Notes under the pieces: generated by a model
What the model saw: the letters and a program-made list of their open reading frames with translations, nothing else
What the model was told of the DNA's origin: nothing
Database searches by the model: none
Made by a program: the position numbers and the translations under genes
Part shown: in pieces, positions 8,702 to 17,117 of the stretch
Layout of the letters: each line of letters starts with the position of its first letter
How positions within the stretch are numbered: the stretch's first letter is position 1
Origin: an uncultured Elusimicrobiaceae bacterium
GTDB taxonomy: Bacteria; Elusimicrobiota; Endomicrobiia; Endomicrobiales; Endomicrobiaceae
Length of the DNA stretch: 38,403 bases
Direction of reading: 5' to 3'
NCBI GenBank assembly: GCA_964436195.1
Contig: CAYTCB010000001.1
Location: 33,751 to 72,153, forward strand

Positions 8702-9139
8702 ATGAAAAAAATAATTGCTGCTTCAATTTTATTGTTTGCCGTTGTTTCAATATCTCATGCCGGCGTAAAAGTATTTCCTAATCCGTGGATACCGGAATCG
8801 GGGCAGTCTTTGTCGTCAAGCGGCGGAGACACGATAAAGCACGGCAGCCTTAATGCGGACGGATGGATAAAGTTTGAATTTAACGATGCGGCGGAAATCG
8901 TTTCATCGGGCGAGCTTGTCATATATGACGTTATGGGAAATCTTGTAAAAAGAAAAAAATGGATTCTTCCGGAATATGTTCCCCTGCCAAATACAAATAC
9001 AACCGAAAATGAGAACCGCACAATCCACTGGGACGGCAAAGATGAAAGATACAGTTATGTGCCCAGCGGCGTTTACATCTGGATTATATATATAGACGGC
9101 GGCAAGAAATATACAGGCAAAGTGGTTATTGTCCGTTAA
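8702..9139 (+). CDS. Small secreted protein consisting essentially of a T9SS-type C-terminal sorting / FlgD-Ig-like domain
   Basis: Signal peptide MKKIIAASILLFAVVSISHA, then VFPNPW. Later motifs LVIYDVMGNLV, IHWDGKDE, SGVYIWIIY and GKVVIVR follow the Por_Secre_tail / FlgD_ig pattern (yPNPF ... vyD..G..V ... W.G.d..G..v.sGvY ... K.v..k). Starts 5 nt after the upstream stop. Confidence 0.65.
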   Translation: MKKIIAASILLFAVVSISHAGVKVFPNPWIPESGQSLSSSGGDTIKHGSLNADGWIKFEFNDAAEIVSSGELVIYDVMGNLVKRKKWILPEYVPLPNTNTTENENRTIHWDGKDERYSYVPSGVYIWIIYIDGGKKYTGKVVIVR

Positions 9140-10269
9140 ATAACGCTTAAATACAGCTCTTCGTGGCGCTTAATCATATAATCAATACTGAAAGTTTCAT
9201 TAATGGTCTGCCTAGCCTCAAGGCTCATTTTATCTTTAATTTCCGGATTATTTGAAAGATATAAAATTTTTGCGGCAGTATCTGTTATATCGTAAGGCTG
9301 TATAAGAAATCCGTTTTTGCCGTCTTTTATGATTTCTCTCTGCCCGTCAACATCGTTTACTACAGGAACAAGTCCGCAGCTCATAGCTTCTATAGTTGAA
9401 ATAGGAAGCCCTTCCCATAAGGAAGTCATAACAAAAAAATCACTGGAATTTAAAATATTTGAAATGTCTCTTCTCCAGCCGAGAAGAAATATATTGTCCC
9501 AAAGCGCATATTCTTTTATTAAACTTTCAAGTTTCGGCCTTTCATCGCCGTCTCCCGTAATTATAAATTTAAAATTTTTGTTTTTCTTAACGATTATATT
9601 TGCTGTTTTTATGAAATCGCCCAAATTTTTCTGCGGTTTAAAAGGACCTATTGTCGTTACAAGTTTATCGTTTTCGCAAAGGCCCAGCTCTTTTTTCAAC
9701 AGAGGGGCATGGCTCAAATTTTTAAAATTTTCAATATCTATGCCCAGACGTATATAATGATACTGTTTTTGCGTGCCTATTTTATAAGAGAGGCCTTTTA
9801 CGGTATTTTCAGTGCTTACAGGTATGAGAATTTTTGAAATTTTTGCGCACAGCCTTTCAAGCGTTATATATAAATTTTTTTTAAAAAAAGACTGGGTGTC
9901 GTTAAAAGGAAATCCGTGGATAGTGTGTATTACGGCTTTTATTCCGGCTGTAAAAGCGGTAATTCTTCCGATGATTCCGGCTTTTGAAGAATGAGTATGC
10001 ACGATATCGGGTTTTTCTTTTTTTAAAATTTTATAGATTTCAATAAACGCTTTAAAATCTTTCAGCGGATTGATTTGCCTTACAAGGTCCGGCACGAAAT
10101 ACACTTTTACGCTGTTTGCAGTTTCATCATCGAGAATCCCGCCCATCCCGCATATCATAAAAGTTTCAAATTTGTTTTTGTCGGTTTTTTTGCACAGGTC
10201 AACCGCCACTTTCTGAGCTCCGCCCAGCTCAAGCTTTGTTATAATTACGCACACTTTTGTTTTTTTCAT
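9136..10269 (-). CDS. Glycosyltransferase, GT4 family (GT-B fold)
   Basis: N-terminus KVCVIITKLELGGAQKVAVDL; C-terminal EX7E region SLWEGLPISTIEAMSCGLVPVVNDVDGQREII. I chose the start at ATG 10269-10267, which overlaps the upstream stop (ATGA). The 23-aa longer track ORF lies inside the upstream gene. Confidence 0.88.
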   Translation of the reverse strand: MKKTKVCVIITKLELGGAQKVAVDLCKKTDKNKFETFMICGMGGILDDETANSVKVYFVPDLVRQINPLKDFKAFIEIYKILKKEKPDIVHTHSSKAGIIGRITAFTAGIKAVIHTIHGFPFNDTQSFFKKNLYITLERLCAKISKILIPVSTENTVKGLSYKIGTQKQYHYIRLGIDIENFKNLSHAPLLKKELGLCENDKLVTTIGPFKPQKNLGDFIKTANIIVKKNKNFKFIITGDGDERPKLESLIKEYALWDNIFLLGWRRDISNILNSSDFFVMTSLWEGLPISTIEAMSCGLVPVVNDVDGQREIIKDGKNGFLIQPYDITDTAAKILYLSNNPEIKDKMSLEARQTINETFSIDYMIKRHEELYLSVI

Positions 10270-11561
10270 ATGATGTCCAGTTTTGCGGCCAGATTTTTTG
10301 CATCCGTTATATTTTTTTCTATGAAAGAATATTCCCACGCTCCGTATCTGCCTATCGAATAAATGGAGTTTGAATTTAGAAAATCCGTTACGGCGTCAAG
10401 CGCTTTCTGTCTGTTTTTATCAAATATAACGTAGGCGTAAGGCATATCTATTATATTTGCCGTTAATATTTTATCGTCACTTCCTATAATGCCGGCCGAC
10501 TGAAGCTGTTTTATTATGTCGGAGCAGTCGGGATAAGCGTTGTTTTTGCCGGAGAATTCAACATACAGGCTGTAGCATCCGGCAGGAGCAAGTTTTTTGC
10601 TGACGTTTGAGTAAATGCCTGCTCTGTAAAAAGGATATTTCTTTTCCGGCAGATAAATCCAGTGTCTGTCTTTTATATTTTCAGGAACATCTTTTTTGCA
10701 TTTTATTCCCAGGTTGACGCATCTTACCGACGTCCATTTTAATTTTTCGGTCTGTTTTTTTATATTTTGCGGAGCATTTTTTAAATTTCTGATAAGTTCA
10801 AAAAGGGGCTGCGTTGAAATCAGCCTGTCATAAGAATAATATTTCCCGTTTACAAACACCGTTTTATTTTTGAAATCTATTTCTTTTGCTTTTGCGTTTT
10901 TTATTACGCAGTTTTTAATCTGTCCGTAAAAAGCGTCAGTTATCTGCCCGCATCCGTTTATATCGGGATAATAAAACGCGCTGTTGTATCCGTAATCCGT
11001 TTTATTTTCGGAATAAGCCGATTCTATAATGCTTTCGGCCGAAGGTTTCGGCACAAAAGGAGCCGTCCATGCGGCGGTCAGTTTATGGAGGTCGTAATTC
11101 CATAGTTTTTCATTGTAGGGCTGCATAAAATATTTTGTTATGCCGTTTCCGAACATGGCCTGCGACCATTTAATGAAAGGCATATCGCTGCTGATTTTTA
11201 TATTTTTTCTTTTTTTGATGCCGTCAACGCATTCTTTTTTTTCTTTTTCGCCCAGATAATAAAGGTTTGCCTGAAAAGGAAACGGAACAAAATAATTTTT
11301 AAGATATATTGAGGCGTTTCTTTTTACCGTTAAAAGTTTTCTGCCTGTTATTTTCTCAATAATTTTTTTTATTTCAGGATTTTTTATATGGACAAAATGG
11401 CCTGAACAGTCAAAAGTAAATCCGTCTTCTTTTACGGATCTGCACAAACCGCCGGCGAAATCCGATGCTTCAAACAGTATAAACGGTCTTTTAGTGAAAT
11501 AACCGTAAGAAAGCCCCGTAATACCTGCGCCTATTATAATATCGCTCATTGTTAATTTCAA
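10266..11561 (-). CDS. FAD/NAD(P)-binding oxidoreductase of the UDP-galactopyranose mutase / protoporphyrinogen oxidase-like superfamily
   Basis: N-terminal dinucleotide-binding motif IIIGAGITGLSYGYF..FEASDFAGGL and C-terminal GRYGAWEYSFIE (compare Glf GRLAEYKYYDM). Lies in a glycan-synthesis context. Exact activity not assignable. Confidence 0.7.
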   Translation of the reverse strand: MKLTMSDIIIGAGITGLSYGYFTKRPFILFEASDFAGGLCRSVKEDGFTFDCSGHFVHIKNPEIKKIIEKITGRKLLTVKRNASIYLKNYFVPFPFQANLYYLGEKEKKECVDGIKKRKNIKISSDMPFIKWSQAMFGNGITKYFMQPYNEKLWNYDLHKLTAAWTAPFVPKPSAESIIESAYSENKTDYGYNSAFYYPDINGCGQITDAFYGQIKNCVIKNAKAKEIDFKNKTVFVNGKYYSYDRLISTQPLFELIRNLKNAPQNIKKQTEKLKWTSVRCVNLGIKCKKDVPENIKDRHWIYLPEKKYPFYRAGIYSNVSKKLAPAGCYSLYVEFSGKNNAYPDCSDIIKQLQSAGIIGSDDKILTANIIDMPYAYVIFDKNRQKALDAVTDFLNSNSIYSIGRYGAWEYSFIEKNITDAKNLAAKLDII

Positions 11562-12589
11562 TCCATTTTAACTTTTGCAAGTTTATAAGATATAAGAATA
11601 CAGATAAAAGCAACAAAACACAAAATGAATACGGAAATAGACTGCGAAGCGTTTACAAAAAGATACGCGAAAATTCCGAAAATCAAACAGGCCGCATAAA
11701 CGGCTAAAAGTATCTGTTTTCTTGAAAGACCTATTTTTTCAAGTCTTAACGGAAAATGGTCTTTACTGCCCAGAAAAGGAGATTTGCCCTGTTCAATCCT
11801 TACAAGGCTTACAAATATTGTTTCAAAAATAGGTACGGCAAGTATTAAAAGAGGCGCGAAAACGCCTGTTATGTTAAGTTTTGTATAAGAAGTTCCCATG
11901 GCAAGAGTGGCAAGTATAAAGCCTATTGCAAGACTGCCCGTATCTCCCATAAATATTTTTTTCTTTTCGGAAAGATTATAAGGAAGAAAACCGAGACATG
12001 CTCCGGCAAGCGCTATTGCCGAAAAATTGACATAAAGCATTTCGCTGGGAAGAGCTATAAAGAAAAAGAAAAACGCGGCTATTGCGGCTATTCCGCAGGA
12101 AAGACCGTCCATAATGTCTATGAGATTGAACGCGTTTGAAAGACCTATGATCCACAATATGCTTAAAGCGACAGATATAAAATAATTGTCTATAAAAGTT
12201 ATTCTTATGTCAAAGCCCACGGTAACTATAAGACTTGCGGCTATCTGTATCAGGAATTTTATTTTAAAGCCGAGCCCTCCTTTTTTAATGTCGTCAAAAA
12301 GACCGAGCATAAGAAACATTAGAGAGCCGGTCAGCACAGCCCAGAGGTTTGTAAGGGTTCCTGTCGGAAAATGCGTAAAAAATCTTATCGTCACAAGGGA
12401 AATCATCCAAGCCGACCATATGGCAAGGCCTTCGAGATACGGAGTGGTTTTTTTATGCGTTTTTACGGCAGTAAGAGGTCTGTCGTAAATGTTAAGTTTT
12501 ACAGCCGCCGCCCTGAAAAACAGAGTGCCGGCAAGCGATACGGCAAGCGAAATAAAGAAACATAAAACGTAAAAATTTTCTGTCATCAT
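11558..12589 (-). CDS. Polyprenyl-phosphate N-acetylhexosamine-1-phosphate transferase (WecA/MraY family)
   Basis: About 10 TM segments. Signature motifs NAFNLIDIMDGLS, FMGDTGSLAIGF and LFDDIKK. Confidence 0.88.
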   Translation of the reverse strand: MMTENFYVLCFFISLAVSLAGTLFFRAAAVKLNIYDRPLTAVKTHKKTTPYLEGLAIWSAWMISLVTIRFFTHFPTGTLTNLWAVLTGSLMFLMLGLFDDIKKGGLGFKIKFLIQIAASLIVTVGFDIRITFIDNYFISVALSILWIIGLSNAFNLIDIMDGLSCGIAAIAAFFFFFIALPSEMLYVNFSAIALAGACLGFLPYNLSEKKKIFMGDTGSLAIGFILATLAMGTSYTKLNITGVFAPLLILAVPIFETIFVSLVRIEQGKSPFLGSKDHFPLRLEKIGLSRKQILLAVYAACLIFGIFAYLFVNASQSISVFILCFVAFICILISYKLAKVKMD

Positions 12590-12590
12590 G

Positions 12591-13265
12591 TTAAAATAAC
12601 CTGCTCCATTTTTCGGCAGCGTATTTCTCCGCCGCCAGTTTTGATGCTTCTTCTGTTTCGGTTTCGCTTATATGTTCGCGTGTCACCGTGCATTTTAAAA
12701 CGCCGGCAAGCCCGTCAAAAAATATATTAGCAAATTTTTCTTGAGTTTTGTCATCAAAGTGCAGGTGAAGCGAACCTTCTATGAGAATTCTTTTTCCTCT
12801 TCTTCTCTGGCAAGAACCGGCGATTTTTTTGCCGTTTAAAAATAAGTCGTCTTTGTAAAATGTATCTACGCATGAAAAATTATTTTTTGAATGTCCGAAA
12901 TTTCCGCCGCCGTCGCATATAATGCCTAAAGCCGCAAGAGAACTTCTTAAATTTTCATGAATAATTTTATAAGATTTTTCCTGTTCGTAAATATAAGGCC
13001 AGATATCGTCCGACGCTATAAGAGAAAAAGAAAGATCTTTATCGTGAAGAACGGTAAGGCCGCCGGTCATTCTCCTTATTACCGGCAGATTGTCTTCGTT
13101 TTTTATTTCGGCAAATTTTTGAAAGTAACCTATAGTATAAGCGGCCTGAGTCCATGTGTAAAATCTGAATGTCGGCTTGAAATTTTCGGCCGTAAAAACG
13201 ATCTCGTCAAGCGCTATGTTCTGGGCGCAGTCTCTGGGTCCGTCAAGTATGCATCTTAAATTCAT
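12591..13265 (-). CDS. Biotin/lipoate A/B protein ligase family protein (LplA/LipM-like catalytic domain only)
   Basis: Motifs FRFYTW..AYTIGYFQ, VIRRMTGGLTVLHDKDLSFSLIA and GKKIAGSCQRRRGKRILIEGSLHL follow the LplA pattern (RR.SGGGAV.HD.GnlnfS; gkKisGsAq). At 224 aa it lacks the LplA C-terminal domain. Confidence 0.75.
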   Translation of the reverse strand: MNLRCILDGPRDCAQNIALDEIVFTAENFKPTFRFYTWTQAAYTIGYFQKFAEIKNEDNLPVIRRMTGGLTVLHDKDLSFSLIASDDIWPYIYEQEKSYKIIHENLRSSLAALGIICDGGGNFGHSKNNFSCVDTFYKDDLFLNGKKIAGSCQRRRGKRILIEGSLHLHFDDKTQEKFANIFFDGLAGVLKCTVTREHISETETEEASKLAAEKYAAEKWSRLF

Positions 13266-13277
13266 ATCTAAATCTCT

Positions 13278-14447
13278 TTATATTTCCTGCGCCGATACGG
13301 TTTTAAGGAAGGCATCCACGACTATCGGGCTGAACTGTTTGTTTTTATTGGAAATGATTTCTTTTATAATTTCATTTTTTCTCATCGTTTTTCTGTACGG
13401 TCTGTCGCTTGACATTGCGTCAAAAGCGTCGGCTACCGAGATTATAGACGCTATCAGCGGTATTTCATCGCCGAGAAGATTGTAAGGATAGCCTCTTCCG
13501 TCATATCTTTCGTGATGGTATTTGACGCCGAGCGAAATGATCTTAAACTCGTTTATAGGTTCGAGAATTTCAGCTCCCATAGCCGGATGTTTTTTAACAA
13601 GATCCATTTCCTGTTTAGTAAGAAAAGAAGGTTTATTTAATATATCTTCGGGGATTCCTATTTTACCTATATCGTGAAGAAGAGCAGCTATCTTAAGAGA
13701 ATCTTCAAAAGACTGATAGGCTACTTTAAGATGGTTCGGAATATATTTTGCAATGCTCATCGAATATTTTGTAACGCGTTCGGCATGTCCGTGAGTATAT
13801 TCGTTCTTTACGTCTATGGCGTTTGCAAGAGCCTCGACTGTATTTAAAAGAAGTCTTTTGTTTTCTTCAAGCTGCTGTTTTGTGTCTTCAAAAAGTTTGG
13901 CATTTTGTATTGCCATAACAACGTCGGAAGACAATACCGTCAAAAAGTTAATTTCGCCTTTTGTAAATCTTTTTCCATCTTCTTTTTTGCCTATAAAAAA
14001 TACGACAAGCAGATTGTTTCTGAAAAAACCCGGCACTATAAGTTTTGCGCGGTAAAGCGAGATATCATTTTCCAGATTATAAAGAAAATCAAGCGTTTTA
14101 GGGTCATTTTTATATTTTCTTTTTAAGGCTGGAAGCTGTGTTACAAGAAAAAAATCTTTGTTTACTTCGGGAAGAAGATTTTTGTCGCTGAAAAATTTTA
14201 TGATAGGACGCGTGCTTTTTATTTTTGCAAAGCCTACCGGTATTTTTAAGCCTTTTTGGCCGCTTGAAACGTTTATTATGTATTCCTGGAAATTCTTGTC
14301 GTAGAGAAAAAGTCCGGAATATTTTACGCCGAGAGTTCTGGTAACCGTCCTTATGACCATTTTTGAAAGCAGATCGGCGTCATGTATTAAAATCATCTGC
14401 TTTGCAACGTGTGATAAGTATTCCTTAAAATCTTTTCTTCTTTTCAT
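13278..14447 (-). CDS. HD-GYP domain protein (predicted c-di-GMP phosphodiesterase) with an N-terminal GAF-like sensor region
   Basis: Motifs HGHAERVTKYS, AALLHDIGKIGIPEDILNK, HPAMGAEIL and HHERYDGRGYP. About 190 aa of N-terminal non-catalytic domain. Start overlaps the upstream stop. Confidence 0.9.
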   Translation of the reverse strand: MKRRKDFKEYLSHVAKQMILIHDADLLSKMVIRTVTRTLGVKYSGLFLYDKNFQEYIINVSSGQKGLKIPVGFAKIKSTRPIIKFFSDKNLLPEVNKDFFLVTQLPALKRKYKNDPKTLDFLYNLENDISLYRAKLIVPGFFRNNLLVVFFIGKKEDGKRFTKGEINFLTVLSSDVVMAIQNAKLFEDTKQQLEENKRLLLNTVEALANAIDVKNEYTHGHAERVTKYSMSIAKYIPNHLKVAYQSFEDSLKIAALLHDIGKIGIPEDILNKPSFLTKQEMDLVKKHPAMGAEILEPINEFKIISLGVKYHHERYDGRGYPYNLLGDEIPLIASIISVADAFDAMSSDRPYRKTMRKNEIIKEIISNKNKQFSPIVVDAFLKTVSAQEI

Positions 14448-14806
14448 TGTTTGATGTAATTTAAGATTTTTTCTTTGAAATCCGATAAATCTATAGGTTT
14501 TTGTATATAATCTACTACGCCCAGAGAGTGGACGTCTGTTTTTAAATCAGAAGAAATATTGCCGGTTATTATCATTGCTCTTACTTTAGGATCCAGTTTT
14601 TTCAGAATTTTAAGAACGTCAACGCCGTTCATTCCGCCAAGATGTATATCAAGAAGCACGAAGTCAAAAGAATTTTTTTTATAAATTTCTATCGCATCTT
14701 CGCCTGAAATTGCCGTTGCCGTATCAATTTCAAGCCTTTTGAGAAATCTTGCCATAAAGGCGAGTATTTCTTCTTCGTCGTCTACGATAAGGACTTTTTT
14801 TCTCAC
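14444..14806 (-). CDS. Single-domain CheY-like response regulator
   Basis: 120 aa with VLIVDDEEEIL, LLDIHLGGMNG and VVDYIQKPI. GTG start preceded by GGAG. Confidence 0.9.
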   Translation of the reverse strand: MRKKVLIVDDEEEILAFMARFLKRLEIDTATAISGEDAIEIYKKNSFDFVLLDIHLGGMNGVDVLKILKKLDPKVRAMIITGNISSDLKTDVHSLGVVDYIQKPIDLSDFKEKILNYIKQ

Positions 14807-14860
14807 CTGTAAACTCCAGTAAAAAGCAATTTAAAATCTTAAAATAGTATAACAAAAGTT

Positions 14861-17011
14861 TTATATATTTGGCAACTCAATGAATATGTCTGTTCCGTGC
14901 ATGTATGTGGACTCAATCCAGATCCTTCCCTTAAGGTTTTCGGTTACGATTCTTTTTACGATATACATGCCTATGCCGGTGCCCGATTTAGTAGATGATT
15001 TTGTCGTAAAAAACGGAACGAATATTTTTGATATGTTTTCTTCTTTTATTCCTATTCCGTTATCCGATATATGCAGTGTCGTAATCTTGTCTTTTTTTGA
15101 AAGGGATATTCCTATCTGCGGCGCATAAGCTTTTAAGCTGTCGCCAGTCAGAATATTATATTTTTCGCATATAGCTTCATAAGCGTTATCTATCAGATTG
15201 TAAACTATTTCCATCATATGTGCCTGTATAGCAAAAATTGTGACGTCATCTTTAAAATTGTTTATTATTTTTAAACTGCCCATGTCGGTTATTTTATGTT
15301 TTGCGCTTAAAAGTTCAAAAGACAAATCCGTTATATCTTTAAATTTAAAATGCTCAAACATAAGCTGTTTTGATTCTATTTTTGCATAATTTAAAATGCT
15401 GCTGACTACTTCGTTTGTTTTTTTGACGTTTGTCTCAAGAGATTCCGCTATTTTTGTAATGTAGGCGAATGTTTCCGATAAATTTTTATTTTCGGAAATT
15501 GTTTTATCCTGCTGTTTTGCGCAGTCCAGGATTTCATATTTCAGGTCTCCGGCAAGAACCGAAAACTGGTGCAGTCTGTTTCTTATCTGGTGAGCGACGC
15601 CTTCGGCAAGTCCTCCGATAGAGGCAAGTTTTTCGGCGGTAAATATTTTTTCCTGAGCCTGTTTGTATTCGTCGAAAAATAAACAGTTTCCCATTGCAAG
15701 AGATGTTTGTCTGGCAAGCATTTTAAATATATTTATATCGTCTCTGGTAAAGATGTCCTTATTGTTTTTTTCGCCTATTACCATAAAACCTCTTACTCCC
15801 TCGTAAAACGAAGGGATGACAAGCGCAACTTTAAAAGGCAGCACTACGGAATTGGCTATATACTGCGGAATTTCGTCAAATAAAAAAGGATTTTCTTTAT
15901 GCTGTATGAAATTTATGAAAGGATGTTCATAGTCATATGAGAAAAGCAGCTCGTTTGCCGAATTGGAGAATGATCTTAAAATTTTAATTTCGAAATTTTT
16001 CTGTTCTTTATTTTCAAGAAAAATGGCCACAAAATTAACTTTTATTGTTTTAAGGACTATAATTGCTATAAGCTTGAGCAGTCTTTCAAGATTATGCTCC
16101 TGAGCCATCCCGCTTGCCGCATGAAGAAGCAGGTTCTGGTAATGTTTGTTTTTTGCAAGAAGAAGATCTTCGGCTTTAAGTATTACCCTTTTATATAGCA
16201 GAAAACAGCCGATAGTCAAAAGAAATGTAAAAAGGTTTGACAGAAAAATATTGTCTGAAAATTTTGCGACATGGCTTGTTATGAAAAGGACAAGAAGCAG
16301 CATGAAAGAAAATATCACAAGTTTTATCGACAAAACCTTCAGATTGGCGATATTGTAATTTGATATTATAAGCGCCGATGTCGAAAGGCAGAACAATATT
16401 ATAAGATGCGTTATAGGTTCAAAATTAAAAAAATCATAGAAGAAAAGATTGTCAAAAACAAAAAGTACCAGAAACAGCATATAAGTCAGCATCAGATAAA
16501 TGGCTTTATGTTTTTTTATTGAAGATATGTCGTCGGTTTTAATATATCCGAGGATTCTTTTTAATCCGAATAAGATGACGGCGGCGCTGTATATTATGAA
16601 AAAAACATGAAGACGCCCGTTTTGCGGATAGATGCCCCATTCGGCTGTTTTTATTCCGCTTACAAAAAAACCTGAAAGTATAAGAGACAGCGCAAAAAAA
16701 GCGCCGGGCGCAAAAATAAGCCAGTAAGTTGTTTTCTTTATCGTATCTTTTATAAAAGACAATATAAAAAAAACTGAAAAAGCCGGCACAAAAATCATTC
16801 CGACGGTTCCCGCCGTAAGCCAGAAAGAAGCGTTTTCCGGTCTTGCCGTAATCATCTGGGCATAACAAAACAGCCAGATAAAAGAAGCCGCGCACAACGC
16901 GGAGAAAGAAAGGCTTATCGGATTTTTTTTGTTTTTTACGAATATAAAAACCGCAAGAGCTACGGCAGCAATCGAGGATGTATATAATAGAATTTGCTGT
17001 AGATTATACAT
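14861..17011 (-). CDS. Polytopic membrane sensor histidine kinase (multi-TM N-terminus, GAF-like middle, HisKA/HATPase C-terminus)
   Basis: About 8-9 N-terminal hydrophobic segments. H-box-like GLAEGVAHQIRNRL, N-box NLIDNAYEA, G-boxes SDNGIGI and GTGIGMYIV. Confidence 0.88.
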   Translation of the reverse strand: MYNLQQILLYTSSIAAVALAVFIFVKNKKNPISLSFSALCAASFIWLFCYAQMITARPENASFWLTAGTVGMIFVPAFSVFFILSFIKDTIKKTTYWLIFAPGAFFALSLILSGFFVSGIKTAEWGIYPQNGRLHVFFIIYSAAVILFGLKRILGYIKTDDISSIKKHKAIYLMLTYMLFLVLFVFDNLFFYDFFNFEPITHLIILFCLSTSALIISNYNIANLKVLSIKLVIFSFMLLLVLFITSHVAKFSDNIFLSNLFTFLLTIGCFLLYKRVILKAEDLLLAKNKHYQNLLLHAASGMAQEHNLERLLKLIAIIVLKTIKVNFVAIFLENKEQKNFEIKILRSFSNSANELLFSYDYEHPFINFIQHKENPFLFDEIPQYIANSVVLPFKVALVIPSFYEGVRGFMVIGEKNNKDIFTRDDINIFKMLARQTSLAMGNCLFFDEYKQAQEKIFTAEKLASIGGLAEGVAHQIRNRLHQFSVLAGDLKYEILDCAKQQDKTISENKNLSETFAYITKIAESLETNVKKTNEVVSSILNYAKIESKQLMFEHFKFKDITDLSFELLSAKHKITDMGSLKIINNFKDDVTIFAIQAHMMEIVYNLIDNAYEAICEKYNILTGDSLKAYAPQIGISLSKKDKITTLHISDNGIGIKEENISKIFVPFFTTKSSTKSGTGIGMYIVKRIVTENLKGRIWIESTYMHGTDIFIELPNI

Positions 17012-17022
17012 TTTATATCGGA

Positions 17023-17051
17023 ATTATATAAAAAAATATTCTTATTTACAA
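17023..17051 (-). promoter_or_regulatory. Sigma70-type promoter of the kinase / CheY / HD-GYP / glycan operon; very short leader
   Basis: Minus strand reads TTGTAA (17051-17046), 17 nt, TATAAT (17028-17023). Only 11 nt separate the -10 from ATG 17011, with no SD sequence. Confidence 0.55.
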
Positions 17052-17060
17052 TTTTAATAT

Positions 17061-17097
17061 AAAAAAACCGGCCTGAAAATCAAGCCGGTTTTTTTTA
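17061..17097 (-). terminator. Rho-independent terminator of the RND efflux operon (A7-hairpin-T8, bidirectional shape)
   Basis: aaaaaaaccggc ... gccggtttttttt: GC core ccggc/gccgg extended by A-T pairs, located 20 nt downstream of the RND stop. Confidence 0.7.
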
Positions 17098-17117
17098 AAT
17101 GCAGCGTTTAAAATATT

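Noticed and set aside
10270-10338. 23-codon N-terminal extension of the glycosyltransferase ORF (track start 10338)
   Set aside because: The extension lies inside the upstream flavoprotein gene in another frame. The conserved GT4 N-terminus begins at MKKTKVCVII, and ATG 10269 forms an ATGA overlap with the upstream stop.
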